Origin: an uncultured Poribacteria bacterium
GTDB taxonomy: Bacteria; Poribacteria; WGA-4E; WGA-3G
Assembly: GCA_951813565.1 (NCBI GenBank)
Contig: OX638351.1
Coordinates: forward strand, 896,001-960,000
Length of the DNA stretch: 64,000 bases
Direction of reading: 5' to 3'
Made by a program: the position numbers and the translations under genes. Of the stretch, positions 50,396 to 61,010 are shown one piece after another. How positions within the stretch are numbered: the first letter of the stretch is position 1; each line of letters begins with the position of its first letter. The notes under the pieces are model-generated. The model was not told the origin of the DNA, made no database searches, and saw only the letters and a list, made by a program, of their open reading frames with translations.

Positions 50396-51645
50396 TAACT
50401 ATGAGAACTCCAATTTATACGTGCGCCGTCGCCAACGTCACATATATAGATGTGAGGTTCAATGCTGGTAAGTTGTGTATATTCTTTCATCACCCGGTTC
50501 TGAAACTCCTCCACAGCATTGCTGTAGACTAAATTCACTGTACATCCTCCGAAGCCTGCCCCTGTCATCCTTGCCCCAATGACGCCATCAATACTTTGCG
50601 CGATCTCAGTTAACACATTTAATTCGTCACAGCTGACTTCATAAGCGTCGCGTAAACCTTCATGCGAAGCATTCATCAGGGCGCCGAAGGTATCTATATC
50701 TTTTGCTACAAGGGCAGATACAGCATTTTGCACTCGAGCGTTCTCCTCAACGACATACCTACACCTTTTTTGTGTTATCTGGGGTAGTTCTGCTTCATAT
50801 TTTTTGAAATTTTCCAATGTTACATCTCGTAGTGAGGTGATAGAAGGTAGCCAGCGTTGAAGAATCTCAACCCCCTTTTCACATTCAGCACGTCGCTTAT
50901 TATACTCTGATGAAGCAAGTTCACGTTTGACGTTAGTGTTACAGATTACGATTAGAATATCCGATAAGTTGAGCGGGACCTGCTTGTATTCAAGAGAACG
51001 GCAATCTAAAAACAGTGCGTGGTCTGCTTTTCCTAATAACGAGATAGATTGGTCCATGATGCCACAGTTGACACCAGCAAATTCATTTTCTGCACGCTGA
51101 CATAGTGCCGCTAATTCCATCGGTGGGAGTTCAATCAATTCAATCTCGCTATTAGAATTTATAGCTGTGTTTGCTATTTCTAAGCCACATGCCCCTAAAA
51201 AAGCGAGTGCTGAAGCAACTTCAAGCGCAGCAGAAGAGCTGAGTCCAGCACTAATCGGGACATTTCCAGTAATTACGGCAGACATGCCATTTAGTGTGTG
51301 ATCAATTTTCCGTAGAACTTGTTCTTGTAATAAGTATGCAACACCCCTCAGATAATTACCCCACAGAGGTGTCTTTGTGTCCTCAATTGCTTCTAAACTG
51401 AAGACACAAGCCTCGTTCATATCTAAGGCGTGGAGGTGCACTTCGCGGTCAGAGCGCTTGCTGCCTGCGATGTGGAGATATTTATCAATTGCAACAGGAA
51501 ACACAAAACCTTCATTGTAATCTGTATGCTCACCGATAAGGTTAACCCTTCCTGGGGCGGATACGCTGAATTCCGGTGGATGTCCGAAGCGTTTGTTAAA
51601 TTCCTGTGCCAATCTATTACTTGAAATAGGTTTTCCCTGTTTCAT
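50395..51645 (-). CDS. galK: Galactokinase
   Basis: APGRVNLIGEHTDYN, GLSSSA, CGIMDQ, GARMTGAGFGG. Confidence 0.96.
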   Translation of the reverse strand: MKQGKPISSNRLAQEFNKRFGHPPEFSVSAPGRVNLIGEHTDYNEGFVFPVAIDKYLHIAGSKRSDREVHLHALDMNEACVFSLEAIEDTKTPLWGNYLRGVAYLLQEQVLRKIDHTLNGMSAVITGNVPISAGLSSSAALEVASALAFLGACGLEIANTAINSNSEIELIELPPMELAALCQRAENEFAGVNCGIMDQSISLLGKADHALFLDCRSLEYKQVPLNLSDILIVICNTNVKRELASSEYNKRRAECEKGVEILQRWLPSITSLRDVTLENFKKYEAELPQITQKRCRYVVEENARVQNAVSALVAKDIDTFGALMNASHEGLRDAYEVSCDELNVLTEIAQSIDGVIGARMTGAGFGGCTVNLVYSNAVEEFQNRVMKEYTQLTSIEPHIYICDVGDGARINWSSHS

Positions 51646-51703
51646 CCGATTCTCTCCATTGGTTCACCTTATATTATCTGTAGGTGGATTCTATGATGTG
51701 CGG

Positions 51704-52483
51704 CTATGTTTCAATTTGTTGGGAAGTAGCAAAAAACTTTAGTAATCGGCCTAACACCGTGTGTAACTCCGAACGCTGAATATAGCAGTCTACACTAATG
51801 TCTGGAGGGCTTGGGTTTAGTTCACGATTCTTTTCAGGTAGGAGTTGTTCTTCTGGGGCATGTAATGCTGGTTGCGGATAGGAACGAGGTGTGTTTTCCG
51901 ATAGCGGTGCACACTCTGCAATAACTATTTCACCAACTGGCAGATGTGATTTAAGCTGTCCTGTCCCTGTTTCAGTCAAAATTGTCAGGTGTGGAAGTGA
52001 ATTTTGTGCTAATTGCTCTAAATGTAGTAGTAGCGGTACAATTTCAGAAAAGGAGATTTCTGCAGCAGTCGGATTAGCGGTGAAAACAGAAAGCAAAGGT
52101 ATTGATTTCTCCAACGCATCTGCAATTGCTTCAGAAAACACCGTCAAATGTTGTTTTAGTACGGCAGAATCAGGATCCAGAATAAACAGACTGATCGGAT
52201 ATCCGGCAATGTTTTCCTCCGTAACAAGAACATCATTCGTAGTGTTAACAGTCTCACTTGCAAGCGTATCCGTAATATCAGGAAAATCGTCGTCACCGCT
52301 AAGGAGTTTCAATCTGTTTTCAATCGACAACGGAAATAGTTCCTTACACTTCGGACAGATAAAACCATTTCGTTCTAATTCCCCTCGGAAAGACACCTCA
52401 CTGCACGCTGTGCATTTCTGCCATAAACTGATGCTTTCCTCTGTTAATTCGGAGTTTCGCGTAGTTTCCATATTCAGTTCCAT
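51704..52483 (-). CDS. Degenerate AccD-like protein (zinc ribbon retained)
   Basis: LWQKCTAC...ELERNGFICPKC...RLKLL N-terminus; carboxyltransferase motifs absent. Confidence 0.6.
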   Translation of the reverse strand: MELNMETTRNSELTEESISLWQKCTACSEVSFRGELERNGFICPKCKELFPLSIENRLKLLSGDDDFPDITDTLASETVNTTNDVLVTEENIAGYPISLFILDPDSAVLKQHLTVFSEAIADALEKSIPLLSVFTANPTAAEISFSEIVPLLLHLEQLAQNSLPHLTILTETGTGQLKSHLPVGEIVIAECAPLSENTPRSYPQPALHAPEEQLLPEKNRELNPSPPDISVDCYIQRSELHTVLGRLLKFFATSQQIET

Positions 52484-52570
52484 ATATGATAAATTTTACA
52501 ATTAATGATACACCTTGGTCGGCGCATTTATAGGTGGGTGTCTACAGATTTTTATGCTTTACTATAACAA

Positions 52571-52691
52571 ACCTAAGTTGCCACGCACAAGATTTTAGAT
52601 AGACAGATGCCGTTTTAAGCAGAAAAGTTCATTATTCGCGAAATATCGTAGCACAAACTAAAAGTTTGTGCTACAAGGTAGCAACTTGGGT
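52571..52691. mobile_element. 121-bp MITE of the ACCTAAGTTG family, 8-bp TSD TATAACAA
   Basis: Same ends as the 19096/50244 elements, different interior containing REP GTAGCACAAACT-AAA-AGTTTGTGCTAC. Confidence 0.8.
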
Positions 52692-52710
52692 TATAACAAG
52701 AAGTAAGTAA

Positions 52711-53055
52711 TTAGAGAAAGCTTGCAATTGCTTCCGCTTCTGTGTCATATCGGTCAAATATTGTCACCAGTTTCGCCATAATGATGAGGCTTCTGATGTT
52801 TCCGCCTATATTTAGGAGAACTACTCTGCCATTATTGCGTCTGACAGAGGCATAAGCAGCAACAATCACACCTAACCCGGAACTATCCATCATTTGTACA
52901 CGTTCCATATTTAAAATCATAAACACGGGGTCACCACTCGCTGCTCGAATTTGGTCATCAATAATGTTTTTCAGTGCAATTGTATTAGGTCCAACAAGGT
53001 TTCCCTCAATATCTAAAATAATAACGTTTCCTTTATGTCGCAGGTTAATTTGCAT
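52711..53055 (-). CDS. STAS anti-sigma factor antagonist (RsbV/SpoIIAA-like)
   Basis: MMDSSGLG; GGAGG RBS. Confidence 0.9.
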   Translation of the reverse strand: MQINLRHKGNVIILDIEGNLVGPNTIALKNIIDDQIRAASGDPVFMILNMERVQMMDSSGLGVIVAAYASVRRNNGRVVLLNIGGNIRSLIIMAKLVTIFDRYDTEAEAIASFL

Positions 53056-53193
53056 AAAGCCTCCTTTCTTTGAATTTTGTCTTCCTGAAAGCACAACCTA
53101 ATCAACGCTAAGTGGCACTCATGGTATTGGTCAAGGTACTACCTTTGGAGCAATGTTTGTGACTTTAGCACGCAACGTGGCAATTTGGAGGAT

Positions 53194-53622
53194 CTACAAA
53201 TTCGGACTTTGCTTATATTTAACCATTTTGACAATGGTGCCCCCAGCCTCGTAAACTACTTCATCCATGCAGGCTTCCATAAGAAAAAGACCTCGTCCAC
53301 TACTTTTCAGCAAATTTTCTGGTTCAAGCGGATTCGCAACATCTTCGCGTTCAAACCCATGACCTTCATCAGTCACGACAACCGTGAGTTTATCATCTTC
53401 AATAAGAAACTCAAGTGTAGCGTTCTTGTTTATGTCTTCTTTATTGCCGTGCTTGATTGCGTTTGTCCCCGCCTCAATGACAGCGAGGTTCACATGCTCC
53501 TGTGTTTCTTCATCGAAATTCATCTCTCTCAGAATATCGCTGATAACAGTGTCAATTAAATAGATCAACTGCATTGTGCTTGGGAGAGAAAGGAAAATTC
53601 TCCATTGATTTTTCTCACCCAC
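53194..53622 (-). CDS. Anti-sigma factor Ser/Thr kinase (RsbW-like)
   Basis: EAGTNAIKHG, DEGHGF, GRGLFLM. Confidence 0.9.
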   Translation of the reverse strand: MGEKNQWRIFLSLPSTMQLIYLIDTVISDILREMNFDEETQEHVNLAVIEAGTNAIKHGNKEDINKNATLEFLIEDDKLTVVVTDEGHGFEREDVANPLEPENLLKSSGRGLFLMEACMDEVVYEAGGTIVKMVKYKQSPNL

Positions 53623-53693
53623 GTGTTAGGCTCCTTCCTTGCGGATATGAAATTTCCGTGCTGTATCATTCAAATAGGTTTAGCGCGATGCTG

Positions 53694-54950
53694 CTACGTT
53701 GGCGTTTTTTTAGTATCAGTGCGCTTAAGAACAACTACGGCGCGGTCATCCTTGAGTTGTGCAGTTCCGCTAAATTCCATCAGGTCCGTTTGAAGGACAT
53801 CACAAAGTGATTCAGCGGATCGCGTTAGGTTTTTAGAGAAGCAGTTAATCAAACGGTCTTCACCATAGAAGTTATTTGATATTTGCCCCTCTGTTTCGGT
53901 AACCCCATCGGTATAAAGTAAAAGGACATCTCCTGGAGATAAGAGACAGGTTTCTGACGAAAAAGTTGCGATATCAAACGCCCCTATCAGCATACCTCCG
54001 GTTTCAAGTAGTTTTACCTGATGCCTACTTTTTTCGGCTTGTTCGGGATTTCCTGAGTCTGTAATGAAATGGATTGGTGGACAGTGTCCACCGTTGGCAT
54101 AAGTAAACTTTCCTGTGTCTATTTCTAATATACCGTATACCATTGTGGCAAATTGTTCAAGGTCTGTGTTGTGAAAAAGTAAGGTATTAATGTGTTTTAA
54201 AATCATCGCGGGACAGTCTGCTTGATGACTTAGTAAGCGTGAAGCTGTCTGGATCATTACCATTAAAAGTGCTGCCGGAATTCCATGTCCTTTTACATCC
54301 CCCAATACGATAGCGAGATGTGTGTCGCTAAGTGGAATAAAGTCGTAAAAGTCTCCGGAAACAGAGGTTGAACTTCGAAACATTGTAGCGAAGTCATAAC
54401 CTGGGAAAAATGGTGGTTTCTCTGGAAGCAACTTGAGTTGAATTTCAGCAGCAGCTTGGAGATGCGAACCGAGTTCAGCAACACCTGCTTCACTGAAACT
54501 TTCCCCCATTGCATTGATTAATGGGTTGATATATTTAACAGGTCGTGTTCTCCCTAAAACGGCATTAATCCGAGCTGTTACCTCCCGCAAATCAAAAGGT
54601 TTTGTAATATAGTCGTCCCCACCGATTTCTAAGCCGCGTAATTTGTCCACAGTTTGTGATTTTGCTGTCAACCATAGGACGGGAATTGCATTTGTTTCAG
54701 TATCTGATTTTAGTTTCTCAATTACTTGTAGGCCATCCATCTGCGGCATCATAACATCAAGAAGAATCAGGTCTGGTTGATCCGCTTTAGCAAGTTCAAG
54801 TCCACTTATACCGTCACTGGCGGTTATGACTTGGAATCCGTCAGAAATCAAACTCATTTTAAGGAGTTCAAGAATATCAGTATCGTCATCAATTACCAAA
54901 ATGGTTTCAGCTGTTTGTGTATTTTGAGAGACAAAAATTGTTTCGGACAT
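53694..54950 (-). CDS. Receiver-PP2C phosphatase (RsbU/SpoIIE-like)
   Basis: REC (IDDD, LLDVMMP, KPF) plus SGDFYD, GDVKGHG, YTDGVTE, DD. Confidence 0.92.
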   Translation of the reverse strand: MSETIFVSQNTQTAETILVIDDDTDILELLKMSLISDGFQVITASDGISGLELAKADQPDLILLDVMMPQMDGLQVIEKLKSDTETNAIPVLWLTAKSQTVDKLRGLEIGGDDYITKPFDLREVTARINAVLGRTRPVKYINPLINAMGESFSEAGVAELGSHLQAAAEIQLKLLPEKPPFFPGYDFATMFRSSTSVSGDFYDFIPLSDTHLAIVLGDVKGHGIPAALLMVMIQTASRLLSHQADCPAMILKHINTLLFHNTDLEQFATMVYGILEIDTGKFTYANGGHCPPIHFITDSGNPEQAEKSRHQVKLLETGGMLIGAFDIATFSSETCLLSPGDVLLLYTDGVTETEGQISNNFYGEDRLINCFSKNLTRSAESLCDVLQTDLMEFSGTAQLKDDRAVVVLKRTDTKKTPT

Positions 54951-55222
54951 ATCTTTAGCCTTAAGTTTGCAATTTAGAATTTGGTTAGTAAATCCTTTTA
55001 TAACGACTTGTGCCAGTTAAGTGAAAGTTTTGTTATTTTTCACAATTGTTCATATTTTGGGATCAACGCCAAATACGCTTTTGGCATTTGGCGGGAGCGA
55101 TCTCCGAATCGCGACGAAACCACTGTTAGTCGGGAATCGGAGTTCCCTCGGACAGCTCAGATGTCCAGTTAATTGTAGAATCCGCTATAACTTATAATTT
55201 TCGTTGTAGAAAACAGAGTCTC

Positions 55223-57694
55223 TTATGATAAAAATGGAATCCAGAATTGGAAGTTGCAACCTTTGTCATTTTCACCTGCATCTACCCAGATTTTCCCCTT
55301 ATGTGCCTCAACGAATCCGCGTGCGATTGGAAGACCTAAACCGGTGCCGCCCTGTTCCCGAGTTTGGACATTACTAAGTTGTCGGAATTTGTCAAAGACG
55401 TCCTCACGGTCCTGAGCAGAGATGCCAGGGCCGGTGTCTATCACCTCAACATGAATACCATCGTTTTTATCCATAACACCATCTTTTTCTAAAGGACAAT
55501 TCTTGCGGAACATTTTCACGTTTACTTCGCCGTTTGACGGCGTGAATTTTATTGCATTCCCAATCAGATTTGTTAGAATTTGACCGAGATGTTCCGCATC
55601 TCCAGTTAGATCGGGTAAATCGGGTTGAACGTTCAGCTCTAAGTTGATTGTCTTCTCATCGGCTTGTGGTTTAAGCTCCTCAATACGTTGCTGAGCAATT
55701 TCAGCGAGGTCCACCGGCTCAAGCTTCATTACAATACGTCCCGCTTCGATACGGGAAATATCAAGCAGATCATTAATCATTGTGGCGAGGCGCTTCGACT
55801 GGCGATGTGCACGGGTCAAACTCTGTTGTTGGACTTTGTTAAGAGGGCCAGCTTTTCCATCCAATATCAGCGAGATAAATCCGATGATTGAAGTTAATGG
55901 CGTACGCAGTTCATGTGAGACAAGAGCAACAAAATCAGATTTCATCTTATCAATTTCATGTTCACGCGTTATATCGTCAAAGACATAGACCATTCCAGCC
56001 ATATCCGTATTTTCATCAGACGGACTACCGCCGTTAGTGGTTGTGCTAACCGCAGAAAATTGGCTTGTCACAACACGGAGGATACGATTTTCACCTTCCT
56101 GATCTAAGTTGATTTCAACTGTTGCTCGCGCTTCCTGTCCTTGCGTATTTGCTAAAACAGTTAGGTTAGTGATACGCAACAACTCGGTGAAACGATCAGG
56201 AAACTGTGATGTCTCATTGAAGTTGAGCAGGTGCTTGGCAGCGGGGTTAAAATATAGGATACGATCGCGTGTATCAACAACAATAAGTCCTTCACCGAGG
56301 CAATCAACGATAGTCGTCATCTGTTGTTCGGCACTGATGAGTTTTTCGACAGCAATTTTTAGGTTACGGTGCATGTCGTTGAATTCTTTAGCCAATATTC
56401 CGACTTCATTTTTGCTGTCTACAGAAATCACCTCAGATTCTACATTTTGATACCATTGCATATTTGCTATCTGTTTACGGACTTGATCAGATTCCTCTTG
56501 GACAACTTCTTTCGCTTCTTGCCCGATGCGTTTCGCCGCTTGTGCCAGCTGCATGACGGGTCGGGAAATCCGCTTTGCTACCAGATACGCGACAGGTATA
56601 ACAATGACACATGATAGAATGGTAACCCACAAGACATACTGGTTCAGTTTAGCAACCCCCGCATAAGCCTCGGAGCTTGGATATGAAACGAAAACAATCC
56701 AGTTAGCGAAATTTTGGTGTTTTTTCCACGGTTGCCGTCTCATCGGTCGGGTCCTTGCCCATCCATAGACACGGGATTCACTGAAACGATCCGTTTCGCC
56801 TTCTGCCTCATAGCCGTGGTATTTGCCTTTAGTTTCTTTTTTTGCCTCAATAATTGCTCTTGCTACAGCATGTTCTGTTAATATTGTATCACCCATTTTG
56901 TAGTCGCTTTGTGATGAGACAGTAATAATTTTTCCAGATTGATTCGTTAGAATCGTATGTGCTTTTTCCATATCTGGCAATAATTCCACAACACTGGATA
57001 ACTCTGGCAAATAGAGTACAACCCTGAGTACGCCAACAACATTCCTTTCAGTGTTTGAAGAAGGTCTTGGGTTTCTTTTTCGGATTGGAAGTGCTACTGA
57101 AAGCCGATGCATGTTCCGTTCTTCATCATAGGTAACATCTTTGGCGTGCTCAGAACCTAATTCGTTGCTACTAGCATTCATCCACCAATCTTGGTCATTA
57201 ACCTTATTAGGTAGTCCTTTTCTTGGATCAAAATTTAATTGTTGGTCATCTGAGTAAAGGACATATCCATCAACATTTGCGATTGTCAACTCACTTCTAT
57301 TTCTATAGCTGCGTCTTCTATAACCGCTACCAGCATAAGTTTTTATTAACTGAACACTAATACTATTGTTTAAACTACTCCACACTTCAAAAAACACATC
57401 ATAATTCTCTTTTGCATTGTTAGATTTGCTAACTGTTTCTTGAATATTCGGTAGTTCCATACGGATTTTCAGTATTTTCTCTGAAATAGCGCGATCTACT
57501 CGGTAAAGTTTTTCTTGTGCAAGTAAGACTAACCCTTCGCCAACGCTGCTTTTTAAAGTGTTTCCACCCAATATCTTGATAGCCAGTGAAACAACTAATA
57601 ACGGTGTGAGCGAAACCATTAGAAACAGAATAACTTGTTGACTGCGCAGCCCCATCTTAAACCGGGAACGCATCGCAGGTTTTTTGTCTTTCAT
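55223..57694 (-). CDS. Sensor histidine kinase (2 TM, Cache-like, HAMP, PAS, HisKA, HATPase)
   Basis: SHELRTPLT, NLIGNAIKF, DTGPGI, GGTGLGL. Confidence 0.92.
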   Translation of the reverse strand: MKDKKPAMRSRFKMGLRSQQVILFLMVSLTPLLVVSLAIKILGGNTLKSSVGEGLVLLAQEKLYRVDRAISEKILKIRMELPNIQETVSKSNNAKENYDVFFEVWSSLNNSISVQLIKTYAGSGYRRRSYRNRSELTIANVDGYVLYSDDQQLNFDPRKGLPNKVNDQDWWMNASSNELGSEHAKDVTYDEERNMHRLSVALPIRKRNPRPSSNTERNVVGVLRVVLYLPELSSVVELLPDMEKAHTILTNQSGKIITVSSQSDYKMGDTILTEHAVARAIIEAKKETKGKYHGYEAEGETDRFSESRVYGWARTRPMRRQPWKKHQNFANWIVFVSYPSSEAYAGVAKLNQYVLWVTILSCVIVIPVAYLVAKRISRPVMQLAQAAKRIGQEAKEVVQEESDQVRKQIANMQWYQNVESEVISVDSKNEVGILAKEFNDMHRNLKIAVEKLISAEQQMTTIVDCLGEGLIVVDTRDRILYFNPAAKHLLNFNETSQFPDRFTELLRITNLTVLANTQGQEARATVEINLDQEGENRILRVVTSQFSAVSTTTNGGSPSDENTDMAGMVYVFDDITREHEIDKMKSDFVALVSHELRTPLTSIIGFISLILDGKAGPLNKVQQQSLTRAHRQSKRLATMINDLLDISRIEAGRIVMKLEPVDLAEIAQQRIEELKPQADEKTINLELNVQPDLPDLTGDAEHLGQILTNLIGNAIKFTPSNGEVNVKMFRKNCPLEKDGVMDKNDGIHVEVIDTGPGISAQDREDVFDKFRQLSNVQTREQGGTGLGLPIARGFVEAHKGKIWVDAGENDKGCNFQFWIPFLS

Positions 57695-57861
57695 CTCTGT
57701 TCTCCTATAGAGGTAGGCTTCTTTGCTCCTGCTGAGAACTTATGCCGCATTATTGAATTTAATATCTGTATTATAGTCTATACTTACTCCAACACTATCG
57801 CCAGCGCAGTTATAAGGGATTGTTGTATACATATTTTGGATTGCACTACAATCTATTAAAC

Positions 57862-58197
57862 CTACGAAAAAGCGTTGAGCGCGGCTTCTTCAGTTTCATA
57901 CACCTCTAAAATTGACGTAAGACGCGTAACCTCCAATATACTGGTAACTGCTTTCTGTGGATTTAGCAGCACCAATTTCCCACCTGATCGTTGCAAAATC
58001 TGCAATGTCACAATTATGACACCAAGTGCAGTGCTGTCAAGGAGTGGGACGTTTTTTAAATCAATTATTAATTTGTTGTTCCCATTTTGCAGCTGCTGTT
58101 CGATTTCGGTGCGAAACTGTACAACTGTATTGCCAATAATTTTTCCTTGAACGTGGACGATTGCTGTATTTTGCGCGTCCGTTGTAATATCAAACAT
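57862..58197 (-). CDS. STAS anti-sigma factor antagonist
   Basis: IDLKNVPLLDSTALG; AGGAG RBS. Confidence 0.88.
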   Translation of the reverse strand: MFDITTDAQNTAIVHVQGKIIGNTVVQFRTEIEQQLQNGNNKLIIDLKNVPLLDSTALGVIIVTLQILQRSGGKLVLLNPQKAVTSILEVTRLTSILEVYETEEAALNAFS

Positions 58198-58291
58198 TAC
58201 ATAAAACTCCTTCACTGGTGCGCTGCTATTGCCGGACAAATCCAATCACTTCATGTGCCCAACTACGACAATGAGGAAATCGTTGAACTTC

Positions 58292-58966
58292 TTAAGTTCC
58301 TCTATCATCGCGACGCACAACAAGATAGCAACGATTTAGCTGTGCAATCCGACTATTATGCACCCTTTCAATTTCTCCCCCAAGTTGCTGTAGTACTTTC
58401 TTGCTTTCGTGGATTTCAACATCCTTCTCATTAGATTTATAGGCTATCCACCTACCTGTAGTATTCAGTAACGGCAAACAGTATACGGCTGACTTTGCCA
58501 GTGAGGCGACGTATCGCGTCAAAACCCAATCGTAAGCATTCACAAACTGATCACTTTCAGCGCAAGTTTCAGCGCGTTTCGCAATAACCTGAATTGATGA
58601 ATCCAACCCCAATTGCGAAATTAGATACTTAAGGAAAGCCACCTTCTTATGGGAGGCTTCAACAAGCGTTAATCGGATATTGGGGATATAGATTTTAAGT
58701 ACAACCCCGGGAAATCCGGCACCGGTTCCAATGTCAATAACAGTATTCCCACCTTCAATAGCACAATGTTCAAGAACACTTACAGAATCGAGAAAGTGTT
58801 TTTGGATTATCTCAACGTCATCTTGAAGTGCCGTTAGATTAATATGCGTATTCCACCGTTTCAATTCGGAGCGATATACTGTCAACTGTTCTGTCTGCTC
58901 CGGTGTGAGGAAAAAACCGTACCGATTGAATTCCGCTTCAAGTTGATGACGGAATTTTGTTTCCAT
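58292..58966 (-). CDS. rsmG: 16S rRNA m7G527 methyltransferase
   Basis: WN..INLTA, KHFLDS, DIGTGAGFPG; downstream of mnmG. Confidence 0.95.
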   Translation of the reverse strand: METKFRHQLEAEFNRYGFFLTPEQTEQLTVYRSELKRWNTHINLTALQDDVEIIQKHFLDSVSVLEHCAIEGGNTVIDIGTGAGFPGVVLKIYIPNIRLTLVEASHKKVAFLKYLISQLGLDSSIQVIAKRAETCAESDQFVNAYDWVLTRYVASLAKSAVYCLPLLNTTGRWIAYKSNEKDVEIHESKKVLQQLGGEIERVHNSRIAQLNRCYLVVRRDDRGT

Positions 58967-59020
58967 ATTTCTCTTGGCAATTATTCTAATTCAGTGTGCA
59001 AATACCTCCACTGTGTCAAA

Positions 59021-60895
59021 CTATCGGTTTTGCTGATGTAGCATGACCATTAAAATAGAGATGTCTGCCGGTGAAACACCAGGCAGACGCGAAGCTTGCC
59101 CTATAGAGGCAGGACGAATTTTTTCAAGTTTCTCACGCGCTTCAGTTTTTAGTCCGCGCACATCCACATAGTTGAACGTATCCGGAATACGAAGATTTTC
59201 TAATTTTTTGAATTGGTGAATTTGTCGTTGTTGCCGTTGGATATAGCCATCATATTTAATCTGGATTTCTACTTGTTCTCTGACTGATGGCGGTAGTTCT
59301 TCGTCCGGTGGTGCTAAACGCGCTATGTGCTCATAACGGAGTTCAGGACGTTTGAGTAGATCTGCTAATAACGTAGGTTGTTTTAGTTCACCTGTTTGGA
59401 CGATATCTGCCAAACGGTCAATAGTCGCTGCGTTTGGTATTAAACGCGTTTCGTCTAAACGTTTCAGTTCTGTCTGAATAAATGATGCTTTCTCTTGGAA
59501 TCTGTTGTATGTGTCATCATCAACGAGTCCAATTTGTTTGCCGATTTCGGTGAGTCGTAGATCCGCATTATCCTCTCGTAACGCCAACCTATATTCTGCA
59601 CGCGATGTGAACATACGGTAAGGTTCACGGATGTCTAACGTGACCAAATCGTCAATGAGGACAGCGATGTATGCTTGGGCTCTATCAAGAATGAGCGGTT
59701 CTTCGCCTTTCACTTTCAAAGCAGCATTGATTCCTGCCATCAGTCCTTGCGCGGCGGCTTCTTCATAACCGGTCGTGCCGTTGAGTTGTCCAGCAAAATA
59801 GAGTCCAGGAACCGTTTTTGTTTCAAGTGTTGGTTGAAGTTGAGTGGCAGGAGCAAAGTCATATTCAACGGCGTATCCGAAGCGCATAATCTCGGCATTC
59901 TCTAAACCTTTGATGCTATGCACCATTTCTACCTGCACATCTTCAGGTAAACTCGCGGAGATACCGTTAAGGTAAATCTCATCGGTATCTAATCCTTCTG
60001 GTTCCACAAAGACCTGATGTTCTGTCTTTTCGGCAAAACGGACAACTTTGTCTTCAATTGAGGGGCAATAGCGGGGGCCGATGCCAACTATACGACCACT
60101 GTACATCGCTGATCGGTGAAGATTTTCTTTAATTACATCGTGTGTTTTTTCATTGGTATAGGTAAGGTAACATGGGACTTGTGGCTGCGTAATCTGTTTT
60201 GTGGAAAATGAGAATGGCAGTGGGTCTTCGTCCCCTGGTTGAATTTCCATCTGACTAATGTCAATTGAGTGTGCGTTGACGCGAGGTGGTGTGCCAGTTT
60301 TGAGTCTGCCAATCTCAAAGCCGAGATTCAGAAAACTCTCAGATAGTTTTTCAGCAGAGGATTCACCAGCCCTGCCCGCACTATACGACACATCTCCGAT
60401 GTGAATTAGTCCTCTAAGGAAAGTGCCTGTCGTCAGAATAACAGCATCTGCATAATAAGCGGTCTGTGTTTGGCTCTTAATCCCAATACACCTTCCATTT
60501 TCGACGAGCAATTCTTCTACCAATACCTGTTTGATGTCAAGATGTTCTTGCTTTTCCAGCACACGTTTCATCTCATCTTGGTATGCCTTTTTGTCTGCTT
60601 GTGCGCGACTGGACCGCACCGCCGGTCCTTTTTTGGTGTTCAAGCGGCGAAATTGGATGCCTGTTTTGTCAATGTTCTTTGCCATCTCTCCACCCAGCGC
60701 GTCTATCTCTTTTACGAGATGTCCCTTAGCGAGTCCACCTATAGCGGGGTTGCAAGACATCTTGGCGATAGTATCCAGATTGATGGTTACGATGAGCGTT
60801 TCGCATCCCATGCGCGCAGCAGCAAGTGCCGCTTCACATCCGGCATGGCCTGCTCCTACAATAATGACATCGTATTTTTTGTGATATGTATTCAT
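59021..60895 (-). CDS. mnmG: tRNA uridine-5-carboxymethylaminomethyl synthesis enzyme MnmG/GidA
   Basis: GAGHAGCEAA, MSCNPAIGG, GPRYCPSIEDK, GTTGYEEAAAQG. Confidence 0.98.
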   Translation of the reverse strand: MNTYHKKYDVIIVGAGHAGCEAALAAARMGCETLIVTINLDTIAKMSCNPAIGGLAKGHLVKEIDALGGEMAKNIDKTGIQFRRLNTKKGPAVRSSRAQADKKAYQDEMKRVLEKQEHLDIKQVLVEELLVENGRCIGIKSQTQTAYYADAVILTTGTFLRGLIHIGDVSYSAGRAGESSAEKLSESFLNLGFEIGRLKTGTPPRVNAHSIDISQMEIQPGDEDPLPFSFSTKQITQPQVPCYLTYTNEKTHDVIKENLHRSAMYSGRIVGIGPRYCPSIEDKVVRFAEKTEHQVFVEPEGLDTDEIYLNGISASLPEDVQVEMVHSIKGLENAEIMRFGYAVEYDFAPATQLQPTLETKTVPGLYFAGQLNGTTGYEEAAAQGLMAGINAALKVKGEEPLILDRAQAYIAVLIDDLVTLDIREPYRMFTSRAEYRLALREDNADLRLTEIGKQIGLVDDDTYNRFQEKASFIQTELKRLDETRLIPNAATIDRLADIVQTGELKQPTLLADLLKRPELRYEHIARLAPPDEELPPSVREQVEIQIKYDGYIQRQQRQIHQFKKLENLRIPDTFNYVDVRGLKTEAREKLEKIRPASIGQASRLPGVSPADISILMVMLHQQNR

Positions 60896-61010
60896 TATCT
60901 GCCTCCTTTGTAGGAGGGGTTTTCACTGAGCGTTCTATACACCTGTCGCTCCACTGAGGCTGCTGTCTTTCAAGTATACATGTTACATGTTGGGTTTCGC
61001 GTTCGCTCTA

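Noticed and set aside
51891..52505. 204-aa plus-strand ORF and other long antisense ORFs (e.g. 257-739, 20305-20805, 60470-60913)
   Set aside because: Shadow ORFs opposite well-supported genes.
53060..53190. Riboswitch upstream of the STAS gene
   Set aside because: Some pairing potential (GCTAA...TTAGC) but no recognisable aptamer consensus; would need an Rfam scan.
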